From NCBI RefSeq assembly GCF_002075285.3, contig NZ_CP021983.2, positions 2,430,001 through 2,462,000 of the forward strand: a stretch of DNA of 32,000 nucleotides, written 5' to 3'. Below the pieces are notes generated by a model, which was given only the letters and a program-made list of their open reading frames with translations, did no database searches and was not told the DNA's origin. The translations under genes were made by a program, and so were the position numbers. Below, in pieces: positions 8,111-17,032 of this stretch. The stretch is from Halomicronema hongdechloris C2206. Lineage in GTDB: Bacteria; Cyanobacteriota; Cyanobacteriia; Phormidesmidales; Phormidesmidaceae. Position 1 is the stretch's first letter. Each line of letters opens with the position of its first letter.

Positions 8111-8602
8111 TTAGTTATCCGTGACCGTTACGGTGATACTGCTGGTATAGGTACCAGGGTCTAACAAGTCAGGAGCGTCATACTCGATGTAGAGATCGCG
8201 AGCGGCGGCACCGCTAGTGAAGTCTGTAACGTTTTTACTGTCATTATCGGCACTGAAGTCGGTGGCAACTGGAGCAGCGGCACCATCAGCCACAATCAAA
8301 ACCTGATAAGCCAGGCTGTCGGTGCCATTGGTTAATAATCCATCGGCAGCGGCTGTTAGGGTGACCCCATCGCTACTGTTAGATTCAAGGGCCAGATCGG
8401 CTACTTGAGCTACGGTATCGGCAGCAGCCGTACCCTCACCACCGAGGCTGAGGGCGCTTGCCCCTGGCGTTGCAGTTGATGTCACAGTACTGGTGTCAGC
8501 CACTGAGCCACTGAGGTTTACGGTATCGGCGAAGGCAGGAGAGCTGACAACAGCAGCACCGAGCAGAACTGCAGAAGTAATGGCAAAACGACGTAGTAAC
8601 AT
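8111..8602 (-). CDS. secreted pilin-like subunit, first gene of the locus (major-subunit candidate)
   Basis: Signal peptide MLLRRFAITSAVLLGAAVVSSPAFA/DTVNLSGSV. The mature N-terminus has alternating hydrophobic residues (V-N-L-S-G-S-V), as in donor-strand extensions. The C-terminus is DPGTYTSSITVTVTDN-stop. A perfect AGGAGG lies 6 nt upstream of the ATG. A terminator-like hairpin follows the gene. Confidence 0.65.
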   Translation of the reverse strand: MLLRRFAITSAVLLGAAVVSSPAFADTVNLSGSVADTSTVTSTATPGASALSLGGEGTAAADTVAQVADLALESNSSDGVTLTAAADGLLTNGTDSLAYQVLIVADGAAAPVATDFSADNDSKNVTDFTSGAAARDLYIEYDAPDLLDPGTYTSSITVTVTDN

Positions 8603-9171
8603 GGGAATCCTCCTAAACGCGAATGCGTTGAGCTATGGGTTTCAAAATTAACTGATGGGAAGTGTGTTTTGGAAAGCACTGATTCAGTTGACGTGGCAGA
8701 TGCTGGTTCCTGTTTGATATCGTCTGGCTTAGCAGCCAGACAGGATCTTAATCAGAAGAACATTGGAGATTTAGTTCATCCGAAATGGTAAAGATCCATA
8801 GTCAAAACGGGAGTCCGAAACGGGAGTTGATTCAGTTCGAAACTAGGCTTTTCTTGCCTATGTTCTTACTATAGGCAGTCTGTTTTAATGTCACGTCGGA
8901 AGAGGTACGGAACTTATCTGGAACATTCGAGGCCGACCTCGTACAACTACGGAATCAGTCGTCTGGTTGAAGGGGGGACTTACTGGTTCCGGACGTTTTT
9001 GGTTAATTTTAATTGCGAATTCGATCATCTATAGCGTTTCCCAAGCCGATGAAGTGCATGGAAATCTCGGAACAACAGGGCTTTCGAGGTTTAGCGTGTG
9101 CCTGACTAGATAGAGAATCGCTATATAGGCCCTGTGAATAGAAGGTGAGGTGATTGGAACGGATAGCGGAA
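8603..9171 (-). promoter_or_regulatory. AT-rich 569-bp leader/promoter region upstream of the pilin operon
   Basis: Non-coding by the ORF track apart from one implausible ORF. It contains a 10-nt direct repeat AAACGGGAGT at 8805..8814 and 8818..8827. It also has a perfect 8-bp hairpin at 8722..8741 (GTCTGGCT-tagc-AGCCAGAC) and a 5-bp hairpin at 8616..8629 abutting the Shine-Dalgarno. I could not pin down a -35/-10 pair. Confidence 0.35.
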
Positions 9172-12100
9172 TTAGGTAGGTGCTTGCCCATAGCCACCAC
9201 CGCCGGGAGTCTCCACCACAATGGCGTCACCGGCTTCCACTTGAACCATGGCTTGACCGTTTAGGAGAACCACCGTGCCATCTCGACGTACTATTCGATT
9301 GCGACCTACGGCGCCTGGCGCTCCTCCCCGTAGACCAAAGGGAGGAATGCGGCGGTGGCTAGAGAGTAGAGCAACGGTCATGGGTTCGCGAAAGCGGAGG
9401 CAGCGAATCATGCCATTACCGCCGCGATGCTGACCGGCGCCGCCACTGCCTTGGCGAATCTGGAAGCGTTCCACCAAGACTGGAAAGCGCCATTCCAGCA
9501 CCTCTGGGTCTGTGAGGCGGGAATTGGTCATGTGGGTGTGTACGGCGTCGGTGCCATCGAAGTCGGGACCGGCCCCGGAGCCGCCGCAGATGGTCTCGTA
9601 ATACTGGTAGCGCTGGTTGCCGAAGGTGAGGTTGTTCATGGTGCCCTGAGCGGCGGCCATGACCCCTAAGGCACCGTAGAGGGCGTTGCTAATGGCTTGG
9701 GAGGTTTCCACATTGCCGGCAACGACGGCAGCCGGGGGGTGAGGATTCAGCATTGATCCAGTTGGAATCACCACCTGCAATGGCTTGAAGCAGCCGGCAT
9801 TGAGGGGGATATCGTCATCCACCAGGGTGCGGAAGACGTAGAGTACAGCGGCTTTGCAGACGGCGGCGGGAGCATTGAAGTTATTGGGCTGCTGCGGCGA
9901 GGTGCCGCTAAAGTCGATGCCGGCCTGGCGGGTCTGTCGATCGATGGTAATGGTGACCTGAATCTGGCTGCCGTTGTCCATGGTGTAGGTGAATTGGCCA
10001 TCCTGGAGGACGTCGATCACCCGGCGCACGCACTCCTCGGCGTTGTCTTGCACATGGTGCATATAGCTCTGCACCGTGGCCAGGCCGTAGGTGGCCACCA
10101 TTTTGCCGAGTTCCTGGCTGCCTTTCTCATTGGCAGCGATTTGAGCTTGTAGGTCGGCGATGTTCTGATTGGGATTGCGAACTGGATAGGGAGCCTGGGT
10201 GAGCTGCCGCCGCAGCGCCTCTTCTCGGAATTCCCCCTGCTCTACCAGTAGAACGTGATCGATCAGGACGCCTTCTTGGTCGATGGTGGTGCTGTTTGGG
10301 GGCATGGAGCCGGGAGTGATGCCGCCGATGTCGGCGTGGTGTCCCCGCGAAGCCATGTAGAACAAGGGGGAGTCGGCCTCCAGAAAGACGGGGGTGATGA
10401 CGGTGACATCGGGTAGATGGGTGCCACCGTTGTAAGGATTGTTGAGCACATAGACATCCCCTGGACGCAGCACCTTCCCTTTGGCCTGGATCAGGCTCTG
10501 CACGCTCTCGCCCATGGAGCCTAAGTGGACAGGAATGTGGGGAGCATTGGCCACCAGTTGTCCCTGCTGATCGAAGAGGGCACAGGAAAAGTCCAGCCGT
10601 TCTTTGATGTTGACGGAGTAGCTGGTGTTCTGCAGGGTCACGCCCATTTCGTCGGCGATGGCCCGGAAGAGATTGTTGAAGATCTCCAGCAGGACTGGGT
10701 CAGGGGGAGGGGGGAGAGGGGGAGAGGAGCAGAAGGAGGGTGGATGGGTAGCGCCTGCTGCCTGCTGCCTTGCATTTTGCTCTTTTTTCACCACCAAATG
10801 CCCTTTCTGATTGAGACTGGCACTCCAGCCGGGTTCCACCACATTGGTGCCGGTGGCTTCGATGATCAGGGTCGGGCCGGGCAGGGTATCGCCGGGGTGG
10901 AGGTGATCGCGGTGATAGACGGGGGTGTGGTGCCAACCGCTGCGAGTGTAGATGGAGACGGTGGTCTTGGGCTGCAGAGAATGGGAGCGAGGGGTGGCTA
11001 GGGAAGGCTCCTCGATCTGGCTGGCTTTGCCAATGACTTCCACGGAGAGGGTATCGACAATCAGGGGCTTATCGGCTAAGGCAAAGCCGTAGCGTTGGCG
11101 GTGGCCGGCGGCAAAGTGTTGCCGCATCTGCTCCAGCTCACCGAAGGGCACTATCAGAGGAGAGTCGGTACCTTCATATTTGAGGTGGACCCGGGGCTGT
11201 ACTTGCACCTGCTCACTGCTGGTTAGGGGAGAGGCCAACGGTGACACATCCAGGCCTTGCTGTTGCAGCTCTTGCAGGCCAGTGCTGGCCATGGTTTCCA
11301 GCTGCGATCGCATCTCAGGCATCAGCTCCTGAGTGAGTCGTTTCTCTAGGGTGCGCTCCTGCAGGGCTCGGATATCGGCCAGGCCCATGCCATAGGCGGA
11401 CAACACCCCGGCGTAGGGATGGATAAAGATTTCCCGAATGCCCAGCAGTTCTGCCAGCAGACAGGCATGCTGGCCCCCGGCGCCGCCGAAACAGCAGAGG
11501 GTATAGGTGGAGACATCATGGCCCCGCTGCACCGAAATTTGCTTAATGGCATTGGCCATCTTTTCGATGGCGATGGCTAAAAAGCCCGCCGCCACCTGTT
11601 CCGGAGAGCGCTGATCACCGGTTTGTTGCTGAATCGTCTGGGCCAACTCCTGAAAGCGGCGTATCACCACCTCCCCATCCAGGGGTTGGTCGCCATGGGG
11701 ACCAAAGACCTGGGGAAAGAATCGGGGTTGGATCTTGCCCACCATGACGTTGGCATCGGTGACCGTCAGGGGCCCCCCTTGGCGGTAGCAGGCGGGACCG
11801 GGATCTGCCCCAGCCGAGGCCGGTCCCACGCGGTAGCGACTACCATCGAAACTGAGGATCGAGCCTCCCCCCGCTGCCACGGTGTGGATGGCCATCATCG
11901 GGGCTCGCAGCCGCACCCCGGCGATTTCCGTCTCGAAGCGACGTTCGTAGTGGCCGTTATAGTGGGAGACATCGGTGGAGGTGCCGCCCATATCAAAGCC
12001 GATGATGCGCTCGTAGCCTGCTATCTGGCTGGTCTTCACCGCCCCCACAATGCCCCCGGCCGGCCCCGAGAGAATACTGTCTTTGCCTTGAAACAGGGTG

Positions 12101-12873
12101 GCATCGGTCAAGCCACCGTTGGACTGCATGAACATCAAGCGGCAGCCCTGCAGTTCCTGGGCAATGCGGTTCGCATAGCGCTGCAGCAGTGGTGAGAGAT
12201 AGGCATCCACCACAGTAGTATCGCCACGGCTAATCAGTTTAATCAGGGGACTCACCTGGTGGGAAATCGAGACCTGCTGGAAGCCTACTTGCCGTGCGAT
12301 CGCACCCACCTGTTGTTCCTGGTTGGGATAGCGGTAACCATGCATCAACACCACCGCACAGGAGCGAATGCCAGCGTCATAGGCCTGCTGCAACTCTGTC
12401 CGCAGGCGCTGCTGCTGCTCTGGGGTCAGGGGCACTAACTCCTCCCCCTGGGCACTACAGCGGGCCTCCACCTCGATCACCCGTTCATAGAGCATCTCCG
12501 GCAAGACAATCTGACGGGCAAAGATATCGGGCCGATGTTGGTAGCCGATGCGCAGGGCATCCTGAAAGCCTTTCGTAATCACCAAGACCGTGCGATCTCC
12601 CTGGCGCTCCAAGAGGGCATTAGTGGCTACTGTGGTGCCCATCTTCACCGCTCGATCTGTTCGGTAGGGAAAGGGGCATCCGGTGCCAGGCCTAACACCT
12701 CCCCGTATCCCCTGCAGGGGGGCATCCTGATAGCGTCCTGGATTCTCTGACAGCAGCTTGTGCACCACCCGTTGACCATCGGGCCGCCGCGCTACGATGT
12801 CTGTAAAGGTACCTCCTCGATCAATCCAAAATTGCCAGCGGCCAGGGGTTTGGGGCAAGCTGGTCATGGGCAA
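9172..12873 (-). CDS. fused hydantoinase A/B family protein, 5-oxoprolinase (ATP-hydrolysing)-like
   Basis: 1233 aa. The N-terminus [16 protein letters not shown] and [14 protein letters not shown] mark the hydantoinase A/oxoprolinase N-terminal region. The C-terminal half ([12 protein letters not shown]...GGGYG) is hydantoinase B-like. This is the same fused architecture as eukaryotic and bacterial OPLAH. Confidence 0.9.
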   Translation of the reverse strand: MPMTSLPQTPGRWQFWIDRGGTFTDIVARRPDGQRVVHKLLSENPGRYQDAPLQGIRGGVRPGTGCPFPYRTDRAVKMGTTVATNALLERQGDRTVLVITKGFQDALRIGYQHRPDIFARQIVLPEMLYERVIEVEARCSAQGEELVPLTPEQQQRLRTELQQAYDAGIRSCAVVLMHGYRYPNQEQQVGAIARQVGFQQVSISHQVSPLIKLISRGDTTVVDAYLSPLLQRYANRIAQELQGCRLMFMQSNGGLTDATLFQGKDSILSGPAGGIVGAVKTSQIAGYERIIGFDMGGTSTDVSHYNGHYERRFETEIAGVRLRAPMMAIHTVAAGGGSILSFDGSRYRVGPASAGADPGPACYRQGGPLTVTDANVMVGKIQPRFFPQVFGPHGDQPLDGEVVIRRFQELAQTIQQQTGDQRSPEQVAAGFLAIAIEKMANAIKQISVQRGHDVSTYTLCCFGGAGGQHACLLAELLGIREIFIHPYAGVLSAYGMGLADIRALQERTLEKRLTQELMPEMRSQLETMASTGLQELQQQGLDVSPLASPLTSSEQVQVQPRVHLKYEGTDSPLIVPFGELEQMRQHFAAGHRQRYGFALADKPLIVDTLSVEVIGKASQIEEPSLATPRSHSLQPKTTVSIYTRSGWHHTPVYHRDHLHPGDTLPGPTLIIEATGTNVVEPGWSASLNQKGHLVVKKEQNARQQAAGATHPPSFCSSPPLPPPPDPVLLEIFNNLFRAIADEMGVTLQNTSYSVNIKERLDFSCALFDQQGQLVANAPHIPVHLGSMGESVQSLIQAKGKVLRPGDVYVLNNPYNGGTHLPDVTVITPVFLEADSPLFYMASRGHHADIGGITPGSMPPNSTTIDQEGVLIDHVLLVEQGEFREEALRRQLTQAPYPVRNPNQNIADLQAQIAANEKGSQELGKMVATYGLATVQSYMHHVQDNAEECVRRVIDVLQDGQFTYTMDNGSQIQVTITIDRQTRQAGIDFSGTSPQQPNNFNAPAAVCKAAVLYVFRTLVDDDIPLNAGCFKPLQVVIPTGSMLNPHPPAAVVAGNVETSQAISNALYGALGVMAAAQGTMNNLTFGNQRYQYYETICGGSGAGPDFDGTDAVHTHMTNSRLTDPEVLEWRFPVLVERFQIRQGSGGAGQHRGGNGMIRCLRFREPMTVALLSSHRRIPPFGLRGGAPGAVGRNRIVRRDGTVVLLNGQAMVQVEAGDAIVVETPGGGGYGQAPT
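11304..11311. repeat. HIP1 octamer GCGATCGC
   Basis: Exact palindromic octamer read at this position. Confidence 0.95.
12296..12303. repeat. HIP1 octamer GCGATCGC
   Basis: Exact palindromic octamer read at this position. Confidence 0.95.
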
Positions 12874-12998
12874 ACTCCAACGACGGTACTATGCCAAGTA
12901 TGGCTCTAGATCTGAGGCCTTCCCCTAGAGAACGCTCTCAGCCTGGTTTGGGACAGGATCTATTCTAGGAAGCCTGCTCTCGCACTCTGCTTATCCCC

Positions 12999-13667
12999 AT
13001 GATCTACCTCCCCGTCTCCCTATTCCTGTTCGTCCTGTTGATCCTGCTGCTGCCCTTCATCTGGTTTGTCTTTACCGTCGATGTGGTGCAGGTGGCCGCT
13101 GCTAAGTTGGGCTTTTCACCAGAGATTGGGCTGCTGCTATTGCTGCTGATTCTGTTGGGCAGCACTGTGAATATTCCCCTTTATCGGGTTGAGACCCAGT
13201 CAGATCCCCTAGATGAATTCATGCAATTGTTTCAGCGGCAGTTCTGGGGTATTCCCCTGGTGCAGATGCGACAAGTGGTGGTAGTTGCCCTAAATCTAGG
13301 GGGTGGACTGATTCCGGTACTGTTAGCCCTGTACCAATTTAGCCAAGCCAATCCCCTTAGCATTCTCCTGGTGACCGCCATCGTGACTGTGGTTAGCTAC
13401 TTTGCCGCCCATGTTGTTCCCGGCATCGGCATCCAGATGAACCCCTTGCTAGCCCCTCTAACGGCGGCAGCGACTGCCCTGGTATTTGCAGCGGGACAAG
13501 CCCCATCCGTGGCCTTCGCCGGAGGCGTCTTGGGGACCTTGATTGGAGCCGATCTGCTGCATCTTAAAGACATCACCGCTATGGCCTCGGGCGTGCTCAG
13601 CATCGGCGGCGCTGGAGTATTCGATGGCCTTGCCCTCTGCGGCTTGTTTGCATTGCTGCTGACCTAA
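12999..13667 (+). CDS. polytopic membrane protein, DUF1614-like
   Basis: 222 aa and very hydrophobic. The N-terminus MIYLPVSLFLFVLLILLLPF...LGFSPEIGLLLLLLILLGSTVNIPLY resembles the DUF1614 consensus as I recall it. Not verifiable here. Confidence 0.55.
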   Translation: MIYLPVSLFLFVLLILLLPFIWFVFTVDVVQVAAAKLGFSPEIGLLLLLLILLGSTVNIPLYRVETQSDPLDEFMQLFQRQFWGIPLVQMRQVVVVALNLGGGLIPVLLALYQFSQANPLSILLVTAIVTVVSYFAAHVVPGIGIQMNPLLAPLTAAATALVFAAGQAPSVAFAGGVLGTLIGADLLHLKDITAMASGVLSIGGAGVFDGLALCGLFALLLT

Positions 13668-14233
13668 GCTCGACTAATGGTGCGTAGCAACCAAAGGGTG
13701 GCCACAATGCCAATAAAATGAGCCAGCAACGTGTTGGTGTTAGCTTGGACGACGAAAATATCGATGGGCTTCACCAGCTGAGTGATGTTGAAGCCGCTGA
13801 CATTTTGCTGTCGCAGAGACTGGCCAATCAGGCTACCGGTGATGGCTCCCGCCCCCAGTAGGGTCAGTAGCATGCCTACCAGGTTAACGATCAACCCCGT
13901 CTGTAGGGCCTGCATGGCATCTTTGGGTTTAGGTCGAGCGGCGGCGTCGCGGCTGCGTAGGCGGCGAGCCAGGCGAGTATAGCGAAAGGCCCAGTAGGCA
14001 CCGCCATAGACCACGGCTACCCCGAGCATGGCCAGCACTAGGCCGCCACCGGTGCCGACGTTAGTGCTGTTATCGGAGCCGGCGCCCCCACTGGCGATGG
14101 CGAATAGGATCACCAGGCTGGAGATAATGGCCAGCACCAGCTGGGCCCAGAAACTGATCCAGCCGAAGCGGCGGAAGTTCCCAGAGATGCGGCGTACTGC
14201 TGGGGGCAGGGAATAGTCGAGTTCACCGGTCAT
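13664..14233 (-). CDS. membrane protein, DUF3611-like (cyanobacteria/plastid lineage)
   Basis: 189 aa with 4 predicted TM segments. FRRFGWISFWAQLVLAIIS is the motif I associate with DUF3611. Convergent with the previous gene, with a 4-nt overlap. Confidence 0.5.
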   Translation of the reverse strand: MTGELDYSLPPAVRRISGNFRRFGWISFWAQLVLAIISSLVILFAIASGGAGSDNSTNVGTGGGLVLAMLGVAVVYGGAYWAFRYTRLARRLRSRDAAARPKPKDAMQALQTGLIVNLVGMLLTLLGAGAITGSLIGQSLRQQNVSGFNITQLVKPIDIFVVQANTNTLLAHFIGIVATLWLLRTISRA

Positions 14234-14539
14234 AGTGCGCCTGTATGCAATGCCAAGGCCATGGCTGACCCTAGATAGCGTTCATTCCAATCTTGCCAGA
14301 GCCTTGGCTCTATAGCTATAGGTAAATTTGGCATAGGCCAAGACTGCGTGATCGAGAATGTCTCGGTTGGCTTGTCCGGCGTCACAGGAGGTAAGGACAT
14401 CGTGGGGACGCTGAGGCCAGGCCTCGACCGACTCGGGAGGGTTACGCCGCAGGTCGATGGCTTGGTCTGTAACCGCCTGCGAGCCTGCCCCCACTCATTG
14501 GAGGGCGTTGCATGGCAATGATGGCTCTCTCAAGGCACA

Positions 14540-15970
14540 ATGGGGAGGATGCATTACTGCCAATGCCCCATGGCCTTTTCCATTGATCAGGCGAAGGAGT
14601 TACTGACGGATTGGATGCGACACTATTGCGATCGCATCGATTACTTGACCATTCGCCTCGAGCGCTCCGAGAGTACTGATATCCTGCTGCGGGGAGGCCA
14701 AGTCGAGACCCTGAGCGAAGCCATGGCTCTCGGCGGTCAAGTGCGGGCCTGCCATCGCGGCGGCTGGGGCTTTGCCAGCTTCAACCAACTGGCTACGCTG
14801 CCTGAGCGGATTGAAGACGCCATAGCTGCTGCCCGCTTGGTGGGAGACGACCAGACTCTGCTAGCTCCCGTGGAGGCCGTTCAAGCGACCTGTCGACTGC
14901 CCCTACAAGGGAGCGATCCGCGGGCCATCTCCTTAAACCGTAAACAAGCCCTGTGTCAACACTATGCAGACATTTTGCGGCGTGTCGATGACCGCATTGC
15001 CTCCACCTCCGTTCGCTATGGGGACATCGCTCAGCAGGTGCTGCTGGCCACCTCGGAAGGCACCCTGATTGAGCAATCCTGGTCCGATATGGAGATGCGC
15101 TTTGCCGCCACGGCCCGCAATGGTGACACAGTCCAGACGGGGCGCGAGACCGTTGGCTCCCGCAAAGCCTACGAAGATCTCGAGCACTTGGATCAACGGG
15201 TGCAAGCGGCAGCCCAACGAGCGGTTGCGGCCCTGGACCTACCGACGGTGCGGGGTGATGCCTACACAGTGGTGATCGACCCCATCCTAGCTGGACTCTT
15301 TGTCCATGAAGCCTTCGGTCATCTCTCGGAGGCCGACATGGCCTACGAAAACCCGGACCTGCTAGAGGTGATGACGCTAGGCCGGCGCTTTGGTCCCCGA
15401 GACCTGCAGATCTTTGATGGGGCTGCTCCTGCTGGCCATCGGGGCAGTTATCGCTACGATGATGAAGGGACTGCGGCGACTACCACCCAGTTGATTAAAG
15501 ATGGCGTTTTAGTCGGTCGTCTCCATTCCCGAGAGACAGCAGGCAAACTAGGAGAAGCGGCCACTGGCAATGCCCGCTGCCTCAGTTACCAATACCCTCC
15601 CCTGGTGCGCATGACCAATACCTGGATTGAACCAGGAAATATCCCGGTGGCCGATCTCTGCAATGGCATCAAAACTGGCGTCTATGCCCGTAACTGGCTG
15701 GGGGGCATGACCAATGGTGAAATGTTTACCTTCGCCGCCGGGGAAGCCTGGATGATTCGTGATGGCAAACTGGCGGAGCCAGTGCGAGATGTTACCCTTT
15801 CTGGCAATGTCTTTCGTACCCTAGCCGACATCGAAGCCATTGGAGATGACTTCTATTGGGATGAATCGGGGGGCTGTGGCAAGGGTGGGCAGAGCGGCCT
15901 ACCGGTAGGTTGTGGCGGACCCAGTCTGCGCATTCGCAATGTGGTGGTGGGTGGCGATGCCATGGATTAA
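14540..15970 (+). CDS. tldD: TldD-family metalloprotease
   Basis: HEAFGHLSEAD (HExxxH) zinc motif, GNARC..YQYPPLVRMTNT, and C-terminal GGCGKGGQ...GCGGPSLRIRNVVVGG. The start is ambiguous: in-frame ATGs at 14540, 14549 and 14570. Confidence 0.85.
   Translation: MGRMHYCQCPMAFSIDQAKELLTDWMRHYCDRIDYLTIRLERSESTDILLRGGQVETLSEAMALGGQVRACHRGGWGFASFNQLATLPERIEDAIAAARLVGDDQTLLAPVEAVQATCRLPLQGSDPRAISLNRKQALCQHYADILRRVDDRIASTSVRYGDIAQQVLLATSEGTLIEQSWSDMEMRFAATARNGDTVQTGRETVGSRKAYEDLEHLDQRVQAAAQRAVAALDLPTVRGDAYTVVIDPILAGLFVHEAFGHLSEADMAYENPDLLEVMTLGRRFGPRDLQIFDGAAPAGHRGSYRYDDEGTAATTTQLIKDGVLVGRLHSRETAGKLGEAATGNARCLSYQYPPLVRMTNTWIEPGNIPVADLCNGIKTGVYARNWLGGMTNGEMFTFAAGEAWMIRDGKLAEPVRDVTLSGNVFRTLADIEAIGDDFYWDESGGCGKGGQSGLPVGCGGPSLRIRNVVVGGDAMD
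14628..14635. repeat. HIP1 octamer GCGATCGC
   Basis: Exact palindromic octamer read at this position. Confidence 0.95.
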
Positions 15971-16152
15971 GGACTAGCACTAGCCTACAAGCCTGATTAC
16001 TTCTGGATTACCCGAGTCCGCCTAGATCTCTTTATTTACATAAGTTAATGTGATCTATCTATCTTTCTAAACTTTTATTGCGTCACATTGATAGCCAGAG
16101 TTCCCTCAATAATGCTGGAAATAGGCGGTCAGCCAGCGGTTGACCCTTGTAG

Positions 16153-16617
16153 GTGAGTTCTCGGCTATCCATGCAGTCACGGTTTTCCTTAACTCCCCGT
16201 TATCATCTTGACGACGATCTAAATTGGTTAATCGGCATCGATCCCTTGCGGCGCTATTGGATGCGTGTCAATGGCGATGAGCGGCTGACGGTCATGTTGC
16301 CTGGGCTCTTGGCGGCAGATTTTGAAACAGTTAGGCAAGCTATCCTGCAATTGCGGGATTTGATCCCGGGAGATGTCATCAGCTGGCCAACGGGGTCATC
16401 CCAGGAACTATTTATTCAATGTATTGCCCCCAATTGCTACGGCGTAGCCGCAACCGTTGCGGGCGCTGAGGTCACTCATTTATTCGATCGAGAGGCTTTG
16501 GAGTCGTTGCTAATGACGGCTCATCCTGACTGGAAGTGTGCACCTGAGCACGCCATGCTGGGTCGTCACTTGCTGATGCAGGCGTGGACCCAGCCAGCTG
16601 CAGTCAAGGCTGCTTAA
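16153..16617 (+). CDS. hypothetical protein
   Basis: Only long ORF in this stretch. GTG start, with an in-frame ATG at 16171. No motif I recognise. Its stop is 9 nt from the convergent CTDH stop. Confidence 0.4.
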   Translation: MSSRLSMQSRFSLTPRYHLDDDLNWLIGIDPLRRYWMRVNGDERLTVMLPGLLAADFETVRQAILQLRDLIPGDVISWPTGSSQELFIQCIAPNCYGVAATVAGAEVTHLFDREALESLLMTAHPDWKCAPEHAMLGRHLLMQAWTQPAAVKAA

Positions 16618-16626
16618 TTGACCAGC

Positions 16627-17028
16627 CTATCGCTGCAGTGATAGCAGCTCCTGCAGGGAGGCGAGTAGTCGAACTTCCACTCGCTGAATTTGATTGTCAG
16701 CAGTCAGGTGAAATATCCAGGCAGCATTAACCTTGAATACCAGGGCAGTCACTCGTCCCTTCAGAGTCACTTGCCGATGGCCAGCGTCTAGTTTCTCGAC
16801 GGCAACCTGCTGAGGCTCGATATGCATGCCCTGAGCTTCTCTGCATAGGTAGGTTGCGATCGCATCGCGACCCACTACTGACTCTTCAAAGGGCGGTTGC
16901 AACGTTCCTTGGGGAGCGAATAGGGCCGCCGTTGCGTCGAACTCGCCCTGGTTGAAGGAGTCAATGTACTCGGCAACGGCGGGAATCAGCCCTGGCAAGG
17001 TGGCGGATGCTGATGTGACTGATGCCAT
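16627..17028 (-). CDS. CTDH, stand-alone homolog of the orange carotenoid protein C-terminal (NTF2-like) domain
   Basis: Collinear with the OCP C-terminal domain: EYIDSFNQGEFDATAALFAPQGTLQPPF vs OCP NYMDNLNANDFDTLIELFTSDGALQPPF; NAAWIFHL vs NIAWRFLL; LLASLQELL vs LLASPKELL. The carotenoid-contacting Tyr and Trp positions are kept. The ATG at 17028 lies 4 nt after the HCP stop; a GTG at 17031 is also possible. Confidence 0.85.
   Translation of the reverse strand: MASVTSASATLPGLIPAVAEYIDSFNQGEFDATAALFAPQGTLQPPFEESVVGRDAIATYLCREAQGMHIEPQQVAVEKLDAGHRQVTLKGRVTALVFKVNAAWIFHLTADNQIQRVEVRLLASLQELLSLQR
16856..16863. repeat. HIP1 octamer GCGATCGC
   Basis: Exact palindromic octamer read at this position. 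Confidence 0.95.
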
Positions 17029-17032
17029 CACC

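Noticed and set aside
9009-9230. 73-aa minus-strand ORF spanning the 3' end of the oxoprolinase gene and the AT-rich leader
   Set aside because: It overlaps the last 59 nt of a well-supported gene in another frame. It has no Shine-Dalgarno and no recognisable motif, and the rest lies in AT-rich non-coding DNA. Most likely a chance ORF.
14282-14494. 70-aa GTG-initiated minus-strand ORF between the DUF3611-like gene and tldD
   Set aside because: It could be a small upstream gene, but it has no ATG, no clear Shine-Dalgarno and no recognisable domain. Not enough support to annotate.
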